A DNA stretch of 63,312 bases, the filler included, from Guillardia theta CCMP2712 (Eukaryota > Protista > Cryptophyta), in the NCBI RefSeq assembly GCF_000315625.1. It is 3 parts of 3 records of this genome, joined end to end, with 100 filler letters (N's around TTAATTAATTAA, not from the genome) between each part and the next. Parts side by side here need not be neighbours in the genome. Positions count along the whole stretch, not along the records: positions 1 to 14,950 come from NW_005434428.1; positions 15,051 to 32,422 come from NW_005434568.1; 1 more part is not named here. One strand, given 5' to 3'. Position 1 is the first letter of the stretch. Each line of letters opens with the position of its first letter. The translations under genes were made by a program, and so were the position numbers. Below, in pieces: positions 8,760-21,244 of this stretch. The notes beneath the pieces were generated by a model. That model did no database searches and was not told the origin of the DNA. It saw only the letters and a list, made by a program, of their open reading frames with translations.

Positions 8760-11700
8760 GTTTTCAAGAAGGCGTGCAAATTTGCTATACCCATGAAAGG
8801 TGCAACACATGAATCATTGCGTTATTGCCGCACAGGATTGCACCGCTGGATTATTGCGGCGGTTACATCATGGGATGGCGCGTAACTGGCGGTTTAAATA
8901 AACCGGTATGTAAAACGGTCAAAAATCACCTTTTGTCCCACATCATGAACTTTTCCCGCGTCACAAAATTTTTTGCCGTATTTTGGTCTTTATGAAACCC
9001 CCTTCCTCACAACACCGTCGGATTCACCCTAAACGTTGCGGAAACGAGGTCCATTCCGGTCGACGGCTCCTTATAACGGTTCCTTATAACCGTCCTACTA
9101 ACGAATTTTTCATATATAAGAAAAATATGTATAGAAAGAATAGCACGGATTCTATATGGAGCCCTTTCTTTTACTTAAAGTTGAGTAAACTTTCTTAGTT
9201 AAGTAACGTTCACAATGCAGGAAGCACAATGAAGAGCATCGACGCCGCCCTACAGCAAGGATGATGGTGTTGTACATCCGATCACGTCTTGGGATCATTC
9301 TAGGAATAGTTGTGCATTACTTCTACACATCTTTCAATCATGATAACGATAGAAAACCTTTCAAGTTAGACATGAACATGGTCTGAAGAATCATACTTGT
9401 CATGTTGAGATTCCCAAGTTGTCATTATCATGATGTCATCCATCCCCAAATGTCTTCCAATATGCAAGTCCCTTGAGCAACCATATCACGCTTGTTTCCT
9501 TTGTACACTGCACGATCATCCACACCCTAATCACAAAAGCATCTTCAAGCTCCCCTTACCCCGCACTTGTCCCATGATCCCATCCCCAAGAACATTATAG
9601 AAGTGACAAGGTGTAATCGTTGTTGCATGCAGCATAGCATCCAACTTCACAATGTGTCTGTACCTAATCCTCTCAAACCTGCCGCAGTGCGCATACTCCT
9701 TCACCCCCATCCCCAGTTCTCTGGTATTGCACTTGCATGTTTCTAGACATCACCGACAGGTACTGTACTGTGCTCTTCTGTATTGCACATTAATGTATTA
9801 CACTAGTAACTACACCAAAACATCTCTACATCCTTCGCCCTCGCCCGCTCTTCCTAAGCAAGTCCACCACCGTCATCCACGACAAATGGCCAAACCTTGA
9901 CGTCACGTTCCATTCTCCTCTTGCTTTCTTGTACACTTCCATCAGAAAGTTTTCACACTGATCATACATAAACCCCGCTTCCTCTATCCCTTCCGGTTGC
10001 TCGACATACACTCCCAGTGCTCTGGCTTCTATTTCTATTTCCCTCACAAGATAACGCAAGTCACTTAACCTCTTCTTTTGATCCTTGGTGTAGAAATGGC
10101 GAGGCTTCAAGGTTTTGTAAGCAGGATACCCTTTCTCCCTGTTTCCGAAATGCCATTGTGTATAAATTGCTCTTGCATTCGCTTTCACCCATTTGAAATT
10201 GGTGGGAAGTAACCTGCTCTCGTCCCCTTCCGCATTGTCATTCACTGTTTCATCTTCAACCTCGCCGCCATCGTCCTGAGCATCTTCCATCACATCTTCC
10301 ATCTCCACATCCTCCGTGCGACTTTCCATTCCCCTATCCCTCCCATGCCTTACCCCCATTCTTCTGCGCACTGCAGTACTCGCCAGTGAATGACTTACCG
10401 CTCTCTTGATCTCATCTGTCATGCCTTCTTTCAATTCCTTGATAGACCGTTTCATTTCTTCGAATTCCTTCATAGACCCTTTCATCTCTTCCAACGTATT
10501 CTGTATCCCTTGCAGGCACTGTTGCATTCCTTGCATCTTCGCATCGATTTCCTCTCTCAATTTGCCTTCTCCATCCCTTGTTTTGGTCACGAAATCATAC
10601 ATTCTCCACACAACCTCAATCAAATGGTTCAGGGTGTCCTCCGCTGCTGCTTTCACGCCTGCATCCACACCTGTTCCTCCATCCCCCAACCCACTCTGCA
10701 AGGAATTGGCTAGAGGACGGTTCTCTGCGATCGCTCGGAAGATTGAATCAGCTGAAGTGCGGAAGCAAACTGCAAGCTTCTCTTCCATTGTTGCATTTGT
10801 TTCTGTCAAGTGATTGATAGACCCTCTCATCTCGGTAATGTTCCCGTTCATGCCGTCTACGGCCCCTTTCATTTCTTCCATTGATCGGATCGTCATGACA
10901 TGAGGAGGCAAACCAGTGGGTCTTCTGCCGTTCCCGTCAATTGAAATGTATCGGCTCAACAATGGTAGAAATTCATGATATGAAAACAGCTCTGTTTCGA
11001 ATAGAGGATGATTTGCTGGCATGGTCTTTCTCAACCAATCCTGGTGGTAAACCACCGCCGCAATAGCCTGCTCTGCAATGTACTTCTTCTTCGCATCCAG
11101 GTTGGGGAAAAGATGCTCGATCACTCTGTCTACGTCCATTCTGCTTTCCCCATTTTCACATTTGAAGAATGGTGGCAAGATGGCAAAGTCCGCATGATTC
11201 ATGGGGAGACCGCACACTGTGCGTCCAACGTAGCAGTCTGACGCGGCTTCATACCTCAGGTACGTGTCGTAAATTGTCCCAAGCTTCCACCCTGCTCGAA
11301 TGCTTATTGCTGCTAGGCTCGGGCAAGCAGTGCTCCCACTAGAGCAGAATGTCGATGCACCTTTCCGAATAGAGTGACTCCCTGTACAAATGTAAACTGG
11401 ATGCATGCAGTGATTGGAATATGAAGCGTGTTACCGATTTCATTTGCATTCAAACCCTTCGCGTGAATTGCAGCAGCTACTTCCTCATCCGCAATGAGAA
11501 GTCTGTTGCATAATAGCTTTCGAAATCTGTCATACTGGTTTGTGCCTGATACTCGTGATCACTGGCAATACATGATGACCACAAGGCAACTTCACCTGGG
11601 AACAGACGCCCACCGCTAGCAGTATGATTAAAACCATAACAGCAGAAGTAAATTCCTGTGATATGTCAAGCGAGGGAAGATCCGGCTCCCACCCCCAAAC

Positions 11701-13117
11701 AAAATCATACTCACCCAGTGCTAGCAGAGGACATACTTCAGGTGAACACACGTTGCTGTAGACATGCTTTGGATCCCGCGGTTTCTCACCAGCCTGATCA
11801 TTTTTTGCGTGAATTACATAGAAGCGCAAGGCATCCCCGACGAATTCCATGTGATTGTACAACAGTGTGCATACGTTTCTGGATCTGGACATCAAATTCC
11901 AAGCCAGAATCAAAAAGGTCCTGGCCCAAACATATTCTCTTTCTGGTTTCTGTAGCATAACCTTGGCGAACACTGAGTACAAATCGTATGACAATGGTAC
12001 CTTGCCGGTTGTCACTTTTGCATCTTGATTGCAAGATTGAGAAAGATTCAACGTTCGCTTCAATCCTCTGAAGTCACTGCTCAATGTTTTCACCGCCTCG
12101 ATGCTCAGTGTAACCCCGTAATTCTTGAGCATGTGCATCAATCCTGACTTGTACGACGAGCATGTTTGGAATGTTAGTTCTGGATTTTGTTGAACTTTAT
12201 GGGTCACCCAGTCAAGAAACATCACTGGCGTGAATTTTTCAAAGTGGATGGGATTAATTTGCTTCTGTAACATTATACTCTTGATGTAAGTTGTAGTTGG
12301 TAAACTCTCGTCCGTCATCGCTGGCTCTGTCACTTGATCTGATCCGTTCAAGAATTTGTCATGTTCTTCACGCATATTCGTTTTGAATTCATCAGTTATG
12401 AGAGCATAATACTCGTCATTCGCGTACAACCATTCTATGAAGCGTATCATGTAGTTCATATACATCTCTCTGGTCTTCTCCGATACATTGTTCTGCTGAA
12501 TGCGTGTACGTCTTTCCTCGAATTCTCTCCGCTGTTGCACACATAAAACAGCAGCTGTGGATTGAGGACGCTTGCGACCTCGCCGTGCCCTAGGCTGCAC
12601 CGGTGATTGATCCAATGCGGCTTCAGGTTGCAATACGTTTTCATCTTCTTCCACAGCAAAAGCTGGAATAGCCTGTTCCCGTCTTACCTCTGGCCCCGTT
12701 GAATCACTGTCATGAACCTCTTCCATTACCTCCTCCTCATCCCCGGAGTCCCCTCGATCCTCTTCCGCCGTCACTTGCACTTCAGCACTGCGTAAGACAC
12801 TTCCCTCTGCGCCAGACATAACTATGCTTCCGTGGTTAGCTTGGTGCCGCTGAAGGACGTAATACCCCCCCACCCCATAATTCTCTTCAAAACAGGGGTA
12901 CTACTATGAATCCATCTGGTTCACGTGTTTGCTTTTTTTTACTTCCTGTGCTAAGACCTAGGTCCTATTCTTTCATATGTACATAACTAGCTATATACAA
13001 AACAAAAGAACGAATTTGACGGATTCCGTCGGGATCAACGGTATTTAAGCCCCTCATACAGCCCGCACATGCCCAGTTTTGGTCCGTGACGGCCCGTTAT
13101 ATTACAGATACGTTTTT
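8760..13117 (-). mobile_element. Crypton-type tyrosine-recombinase element (minimum extent; may extend leftwards with cargo)
   Basis: Intact recombinase gene; flanks share short motifs (gaaagaatag 9134-9143 inverted to ctattctttc 12965-12974; ccgtcgg, aacgaattt and ttttggtc on both sides); sharp junction with the satellite at 13118. Confidence 0.65.
9826..12819 (-). CDS. Crypton (CryptonS-like) tyrosine recombinase with C-terminal GCR1_C-like DNA-binding domain; exons 12819-11715, 11655-11596, 11545-11435, 11381-9826
   Basis: Splicing three GT-AG introns gives one frame: WNLMSRSRN (R), HAKNDQ (K), PKHVYSN..CPLLALG-IY..LFPG-TNQYDRF..NEIG-SHSIRKG (HxxR), RAGW, YLRYE (Y); C-terminal LPTNFKW..YTQWHFGNREKGYPAYKTL..KRLSDLRYL. 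Confidence 0.9.
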
Positions 13118-14950
13118 GGTTTTTGGATCTGCGATATAAAAAAGTCTTGTCTCGGTCACGTGATGTGTCACGTGACCGGTCAGGTGAGCCTGTCAGCCGG
13201 GTCACGGCCCCTGTCAGCCGGCTGACATGTCACGGGCCTGCTGACACGGTCCGCTGACCGGTCACGGCCGCCCGGAGAGATCAGGCCCCCGGCCAATCTC
13301 CGGACACTTAGCCTCCTGGGCGGGCCTCCAGGGGGTCTGAGGCGGGGCTGAAGGCTGCATTCGGTCTACTGACGGGCCCGGCCGGCAAGATCCGTCAGAA
13401 ACAGGGGGTCAAAGGAGGTTTTCTTCCCCCTGGGAGAAATGTCCTATGGGTTTTTGGATCTGCGATATAAAAAAGTCTTGTCTCGGTCACGTGATGTGTC
13501 ACGTGACCGGTCAGGTGAGCCTGTCAGCCGTCTGACATGTCACGGGCCTGCTGACACGGTCCGCTGACCGGTCACGGCCGCCCGGAGAGATCAGGCCCCC
13601 GGCCAATCTCCGGACACTTAGCCTCCTGGCGGGCCTCCAGGGGGTCTGAGGCGGGGCTGAAGGCTGCAGTCGGTCTACTGACGGGCCCGGCCGGCAGGAT
13701 CCGTCGAGAAACAGGGGGGTCAAGGGAGGTTTTCTTCCCCCTGGGAGAAATGTCCTATGGGTTTTTGGATCTGCGATATAAAAAAGTCTTGTCTCGGTCA
13801 CGTGATGTGTCACGTGACCGGTCAGGTAAGCCTGTCAGCCGGGTCACGGCCCCTGTCAGCCGGCTGACATGTCACGGGCCTGCTGACACGGTCCGCTGAC
13901 CGTTCACGGCCGCCCGAAGAGATCCACCCCCGGCCAATCTCCGAACACTTAGCCTCCTGGCGGGCCTCCAGGGGGTCTGAGGCGGGGCTGAAGGCTGCAG
14001 TCGGTCTACTGACGGGCCCGGCCGGGCAGGATCCGTCGAGAAACAGGGGGGGTCAAGGGAGNNNNNNNNNNNNNNNNNNNNNNNNNNNNNNNNNNNNNNN
14101 NNNNNNNNNNNNNNNNNNNNNNNNNNNNNNNNNNNNNNNNNNNNNNNNNNNNNNNNNNNNNATGTGTCACGTGACCGGTCAGGTGAGCCTGTCAGCCGGG
14201 TCACGGCCCCTGTCAGCCGGCTGACATGTCACGGGCCTGCTGACACGGTCCGCTGACCGGTCACGGCCGCCCGGAGAGATCAGGCCCCCGGCCAATCTCC
14301 GGACACTTAGCCTCCTGGCGGGCCTCCAGGGGGTCTGAGGCGGGGCTGAAGGCTGCAGTCGGTCTACTGACGGGCCCGGCCGGCAGGATCCGTCGAGAAA
14401 CAGGGGGGTCAAGGGAGGTTTTCTTCCCCCTGGGAGAAATGTCCTATGGGTTTTTGGATCTGCGATATAAAAAAGTCTTGTCTCGGTCACGTGATGTGTC
14501 ACGTGACCGGTCAGGTGAGCCTGTCAGCCGGGTCACGGCCCCTGTCAGCCGGCTGACATGTCACGGGCCTGCTGACACGGTCCGCTGACCGGTCACGGCC
14601 GCCCGGAGAGATCAGGCCCCCGGCCAATCTCCGGACACTTAGCCTCCTGGCGGGGCCTCCAGGGGGTCTGAGGCGGGGGCTGAAGGGCTGCAGTCGTCAG
14701 GCTACTGACGGGCCTGGCCGGCAGGATCCGTCGAGAAACAGGGGGGGTCAAGGGGAGGTTTTCTTCCCCCTGGGAGAAATGTCCTATGGGTTTTTGGATC
14801 TGCGATATAAAAAAGTCTTGTCTCGGTCACGTGATGTGTCACGTGACCCGGTCAGGTGAGCCTGTCAGCCGTCTGACATGTCACGGCCTGCTGAACACGG
14901 TCCGCTGACCGGTCACGCCGCCCGGAGAGATCAGGGCCCCGGGCCAATCT
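13118..14950. repeat. GC-rich tandem satellite, ~311-340 bp unit, at least 6 partial or complete copies, runs into gaps
   Basis: Unit starts ggtttttggatctgcgatataaaaaag at 13118, 13449, 13760, 14449 and 14789; contains palindromes cggtcacgtga-tgtg-tcacgtgaccg, gtcagccggctgac and tgacatgtca. Confidence 0.95.
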
Positions 14951-15050
14951 NNNNNNNNNNNNNNNNNNNNNNNNNNNNNNNNNNNNNNNNNNNNTTAATT
15001 AATTAANNNNNNNNNNNNNNNNNNNNNNNNNNNNNNNNNNNNNNNNNNNN

Positions 15051-15427
15051 CAAGATGAGCAGGAGCATAAGAAGCGAGGAGGAGAAGCAGGAGCAGGAGC
15101 AAGAGGAGCAGGAGGAGGAGCAGGAGGAGCAGGAGGAGCAGGAGGAGCAGGAGGAGGAGCAGGAGCAGGAGAATACCTGACAGAGCTGAGAAGTTCTCTG
15201 AGCTCCGATTGCCTTCACTAGCATCTTCATCATGCCAGGAGAAACTCGACGATGACCCGACGAGCTGAAAGAGCAGACTTAATGCCCTCCTGTCATTTCT
15301 GTTCCTCCTCCTCTTGCTCCTCCTCTTACTGCCCTTCCTCTTACTGCTCCTCGTCTCATACTGCTGCTCCTCCTCCTCTTCCTCCGCCTGCTTCTCTTCT
15401 CCTGTTCATCTTTCTGCTGCCCCTGCC

Positions 15428-15492
<65 letters not shown>

Positions 15493-17350
15493 CCCTGCCC
15501 CTGCCCCTGCCGTTGCACTTTCTCCTGCCCCTGCCCCTGCCCCTGATCCTGATCCTGCTCCTGCCCCTGCCCCTGCCCCTGGCCCCTCGCCCCTCGCCCT
15601 CGCCCCTGCCCCTCGCTCCCTGCTTCCCCCTCCCAGCCCACCCCCATCCCGGCCTTCCATTGCTCTTGCTTCACCTCAGCTTCTCCATGGTTCTCTCGGC
15701 AATCCAGCGAACCTACAGCAAGAGTAAGAAGTGAAGCGAAGGAAAGGGGAGCGGGGAGGAGGGGGGCGACGGAAACGAGGGAGGGAAAGAGGAGCGAGCG
15801 AGGCAGGCAGGCAGCGATACGTGTGTGCTACCTGTGATCGCAAGTCTCGGATCATGGCATTCCGAGTTGAAGAAGATTGCGCTAGCAAGAAAGGAATATC
15901 AAAAGAAACAGAAAACAATACAAAACATCCTTCTTTTCATCATCAAAATTATCTTCATCATCAACACCATCACCATTACCACTTCCTCCTCACCTCTGAC
16001 AGAGTTTTCTTGTTGAGTGTAGGCTGACTTCAGAGATTGCTGGATGTTTGAGATAGCAGCTCTTCTTTAAACCATCACCGTCGAGTTGCGTTGCCAGCGG
16101 CTCTTACCTGTTGGCTGGAACAATCTGCTCCCCATCTTGCGTCTCAAACTGCACGGGTGGGCTGCTCCTGCACATCGACACATCACTGTGAGAACCAAGT
16201 CTCGTCTCTTGCTCACTGTAGGTTGTTGCCCCTGTCTTGAAAATCTGATTTGATTTCCTCAGACAACAACAAAACAAAACAACACAAGAGAGAACAAATT
16301 GAACAGTTGAAGAGTTGAAGAGAAGCAGACGATGACAACAAAACGATAACACATCAATCACTAACATGCATCGGGTGAAATTCCTTTCGCCGCGTTGTGT
16401 TTGTGCAACCAGTGAATCTGCCGTGATAGATCATCCTGTCGTCACGTCAGGGAAAAAAAATCACAACAAGTCTGAGGTTGAACATGCATCAACTCACACA
16501 GGTCAACACCATACTATCGTAACCTATTTACACGACAGGACAAGACATCCGTCCAAGCAGCATTGAACAAACGATCTAACATACAAAGATCGTCGATCTT
16601 GTTGCTATCAGCCAACAACAATAGCAGGAGATCCGATCAACCAGCACGCTTAGTCTCTCTCAGGAGTTGAAGACTCCAAGCTCCTCTCCTCGCCTCCTCT
16701 CTCCGCTCACCGTCGACATCGCCGTCCCAAACGCCGGAATTGCATCCACCCATTGCCTGTCGAGCTTCTCTGCTCTCAACCCATCAGCCTTGCAAGCATG
16801 TCAAACTTCCAACCTTGCTCGTTATCTTCTCCTCTCCTCACACTCACACACACCAACACTGCGCAAGTCACAGCTGTAGCTGGCAACATCGTCAGAGCCC
16901 GACGAGATGAGATGTGCTACCTGCTAGCAAGAGGCTGACTTTACGCATCCTTACGAATAGCTCTTGCTTCCCTCCTATGCCATGTCATGTGACACTCCCA
17001 TCCTCGACCTGCGCAGGCTGTCAGAGCACAGCATGCTTGCATCGAATTTTCCCCTCCAACCACCATGGCCACACGAGCTAGTTCAAGCATGCCGCTCCAA
17101 TTGATCCTTAGCTCGGTCTTCCCGCATCATCCTATCGAGTCCAGGCACCCCGATGAGGGTAGATGCACTAAGTTTATCCTCTCCCTCTCCCTGTCCCGCT
17201 CCTCAAATTCTCTTGCTCCTCATTCCTTTCCCATCCCATCCCATCCCTCCTCCCTCTCTCACCATCTGCCTCCTCGCTTCCCTCCCTGCCTCGCTCTCCG
17301 TCCCACCAACTTCATTGTGATCCGCTAGGCCATCGCATCGTCAGCATGTC
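15051..17350 (-). CDS. Probable multi-exon hypothetical gene with Q/E-rich low-complexity parts
   Basis: Repeated minus-strand splice signatures (tac/ctg on +) bounding short open segments; structure unresolved. Confidence 0.3.
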
Positions 17351-17946
17351 GACTCTCCGTCGCTCCCTATCTCATGGGGTAGTGCAATAACGCTGCCTTT
17401 TTAAAACTAGTTTTGAAAATTATTGAGTGAACTATTCGGCTGAGTCCCTGTCTAGCAAGTAAATACTATTTAAAAATGATATAAACGAAGACCAGGTAGT
17501 GAATTTCAGATAATTAAGTTTAACTAAAGTATAAATACAGTTTTTAAAGAATTACGATATTCATAGGGCCGGAGTTCCTCTGCCTGGTTATCATCATGAA
17601 ATGTGAGTTAAATCGCGATGTTTCGTCAACGAAACGTTGATATTTAGATATAATTGATCTAAATTTAGATGAAAGTGAGCTATCTTAGGTAAATCGTTGA
17701 TATTTCTCGGCTACTTTTCGGCAGGCTACCGTGACTCCCCGAAATATCCGACGATGGCTATCGACGACAATGCTAGGTGACTTCATCCGTGCTCCTGCTC
17801 CTGCTCCTGCTCCTGGCGCAAGTTCTCCGGAGGCTCATGCTCCTCCCGGAGTCCTCGGGAGTCCCCTCAGTCCTGGCTCCTCCCCTACACCTGTTTCTCT
17901 CGTCCTGCTTCTCTCCTCCTGCCGCACTCCTGCTCCCGGGCCTGTA

Positions 17947-18003
<57 letters not shown>

Positions 18004-18239
18004 ACTAACTCGGCCATTCCTTCACCGTATTAGATCTGTTGTTGCCTTCTTGCCCTTTTCTGACTGCAACCTTACTCATTCTCTCACACAAACCTGCTCC
18101 TCCTTTCTCGCTGCTCCTGCTTTGTAATCTGCTTGATCACCATCTGCCATCCGCCATTCTGTCGTGCATCACCGATGCTGCTTTGGCCTGACAGGCTCTT
18201 GGCAGCACCGATCGGAGCTCCTTGCACAACTCGTGGGTG

Positions 18240-20998
18240 ATGCTGGAGCAGTCGATCCACTCGGAGCAGGACAAGCAGGCAGAGAGCATGGATGCGAGTC
18301 AACTCAAGGAGGCGATGCAGCGGCGAGAGAAGGCTCGATCCAAGGTCATGAATGCGCTCAAGAAAGCTGGCGCCACTCCCTCAACCATCCGTCAGGTGTC
18401 GCAGGCCATGGAGAGGAGGACGCTGACCCCTAGGAGCATCGACTTCGCTGACTCGCTCCCTCCTCTCGACCAGCCGCCCGCGTGGAGGGGGGAGGAGGAG
18501 GTCCGCAAGGTTGGGCTTGGGTGTACCTTGGAGATGGACATCAACGGCTTCTACTGGATCTCGTCTGTGCTCCCTGGGGGACGTGCGTGCTGGGAGGGGT
18601 GGAAGAGGGCAGCACCCTGCTCTCTATCGACGGGGTTCCGATCCGAAACATGCCCCTGCATGACATTCGCCTCCTCTCGTCCGGCCCTGCCGGCTCCTCC
18701 GTCACCCTGCGCTACAGGCCCCCCGGACGAGACCCCAACCACCCGGCGAGCGAGAAGACGGTGACGCGACGGGAGTTCCAGCGGCTGTCGGCCCTTGGGA
18801 TGCTGGGGCAGCGTGAGGACGGGAGGGAGGCGAAGCACTCCAGCTCTCCTGAGAGCTCCTGGATGCAGAGGATGCTCAAGAACTTCTTCGGGAGCAAGGA
18901 AGCTGTTGCCAGCGACCGAGCGACGTTCCCTCAGCGCAGGCGAGAGGGGGGAGACGAGGGAGCTGACAGAATGTCGAGCTACCTGTGGAGAGGCTCAGCT
19001 GGGGAGTCGACCTCAGACAAGATCGTCAATCTCGTGTCTCTCTCCAACAACATGCAGACGCAGGAGAAGCTGTACCAGCCGCCGCTCTCCGACCGCCTTT
19101 CCCTGAGCGAAAGGATGTGAGTGCTCTACGAGTGGCATGTGGAGAGCAAGTGACGTCATGCAGAGCGGCGGCTGCGCACCGGGGGTATAACGGGGCGATG
19201 CTTGCGCAGGAGGACGTGGATCATGTGGACCTGGAGATGGACAGGTGGGCATGGCAGCTGGGGAAGAGCTGAGGGCAGTGACGTGATGGCAGGCAAGACC
19301 TCAAGGAGAAGCTCGATGAGCTCGATGAGGCGATGAGAAACCTGACGAGGCCGCGGGACCAGCAGGCGCCGAGAGAGGACGAGGTGCAGGCCGTAGCCTC
19401 GAAGCAAGTGCCTCTGCCGGCTCAAGAAGATGCGCACGAGAGTCAGCAGGTGAGGGTTGCGAGCTGAAAGAGGAGCGATGTAACGGACAGGAGCAGAAGC
19501 CTGTCTTCGTTCAGTTTGACCTCGTTGCCTTGACTTCCATCCCATCCCAAGTCCAGGAAAAGTTTGTGCTGATGCTCAGCTGGGATGGAGTTGAACATCC
19601 GGAGTATGTCACGTCCCCCAAGAGCGCTCAGTCCGACCTGCGCATCAACGAGAACTTCGTCTTCCTCCTCTACGGCCTGCACGGCCTCGGATCCATGCAC
19701 GTCGATGTGTGTACCTACGATGCCGCTTCGCAGTCAACCGTCGTCTGCGGGACTTCTGAGATCCCTTGCGCCTTCTTCGACCGGGTCTTGTCGCAGGCAG
19801 AGCGCGAGGCCCACCAGTCGTTCGACATCACTGAAGATACCATGCCCAGCACTGCGTCTTGCCAGCTCGAAGTTCGAGCGAAGCTGCTGGGCGATCACGT
19901 CTCTGAGCGCGTGACCCCACGATGTGCTTGCAGCTTCCCGCGTCGTTGACTCCTTGGAGCAGGTGCTGCCCGAGCCCAGCAGGAGCCCAGTAGAGAAGGG
20001 GCTGCCCCCTAGTGTTCCCCAGGTAGAACTGTGCGAGGAGAAGAGGTGCAAGTTGGATGAGAGGATGGTCAGACCCCTTGCGATGACGCTCGAGCCCAAG
20101 AGGACAGGGTCTTGAAGCTCGGAAACGCTCCCTTCCACCTCAGGTTGATCTCAGCTAAGGTCGGACTCTGACCGCGAAGCTCCTCCTCTGATGACCTCCG
20201 CAGGACCTCCCCAAGGTTGACATAACAACAGGTGCTGAGAGCTTTGGGGCAAGCCTTGTTCCCCATCACTTTGTTCACTCCCAGGGCTGTGCGACCCCTA
20301 CGTCAAGCTGAGCCTCGGGTCCATCCTGCACAAGTCAACGGTGAAGCACAAGAACAGAAACCCCGTGTGGAATGAGGAGTACTTCTTCTCTTTCCTCGAC
20401 TCCGACGACGCTCCATCCAAGCTCCACATCGAGGTGCGGGCCCTCCAGGAGGCATGCGCTCGCTGACGCTTGCTCAGGTGTGGGACTGGAATCAAGTCGT
20501 CCAGCACTCCCTGATAGGAAGCGCCGTCGTCGACCTGGAGGAGATCGTGCTCGACGCCAAGGTCTGCGAGACTCGCTCGGCTGGAGGTGGTGACCTCTAG
20601 GGCAGGGGAGAAGCGAGCAGACCTGGGTTCCTCTTGAGCTCAAGGTCCACGGCAAGACGAGAGTCAGCAGTGCGTCCCCTGCCGCCGCTGCCCAGATAGC
20701 CTCATGCCTCGCGCAGGTTTCGTTTGCGTCCAGTTCAAGTCGGAGGATGCGGAGGAGACGTCGAACTCAAGAGACTGCAAGGTCAGCTAGTGCATGCGAC
20801 ATTCCATGTGAGCTGAAGGGGGACCAGATACCGGACAGCCCAAGCTCGAAACTCCCCGAGGTGAGAAAGTGGCGTTGGTGTGCGAGGGAGAGTGATGAAA
20901 AGCAGGGATGGAAGGAGTACTGGAGTAGGTCTAAGAACAAACCTTACTACAAGAACAAGCACACCGGACAGACTTGTTGGCATCTACCGGTCGAGTAG
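18240..20998 (+). CDS. Multi-exon PDZ - C2 - WW domain protein (apparent frameshift in PDZ near 18585)
   Basis: PDZ: GLGCTLEMD..ISSVLPGG / GGVEEGSTLLSIDG..GPAGSSVTLRY; C2: PYVKLSLG..KNRNPVWNEEYFF..LHIEV/VWDWN..LIGSAVVDL; WW: GWKEYWSRSKNKPYYKNKHTGQTCWHLP*. Confidence 0.8.
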
Positions 20999-21244
20999 GG
21001 AGAAGGGACACGGTCTTAGGAGCCAGGCACATTTTTGTTCTGATTGAATTCTATTAATACATGTGTTTCATACATTCATCTTTTCAGGATCTAAAATTAT
21101 GCATGCTTCGTGATTGGGGTTTTGCACCAACAGCCCACCTGTGCCCCAAGACAGTTGCATGCTCCTGCTCTAACCAAACGAAATGATGACATTCACAAGG
21201 ACCATGGCGACCAAAATCACACAGATGATACTGCAAACATTACG

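Noticed and set aside
13511-14502. Repeated ~100-aa ORFs in the satellite
   Set aside because: By-products of the tandem unit; indels between copies break the frames
13118-14950. rRNA/5S/tRNA array or yeast-type point centromere
   Set aside because: No recognisable rRNA or tRNA motifs; GTCACGTG matches CDEI but there is no AT-rich CDEII or CDEIII
14995-15006. TTAATTAATTAA palindrome (also at 32467-32478)
   Set aside because: Sits in the middle of N-runs; assembly gap spacer with stops in all frames
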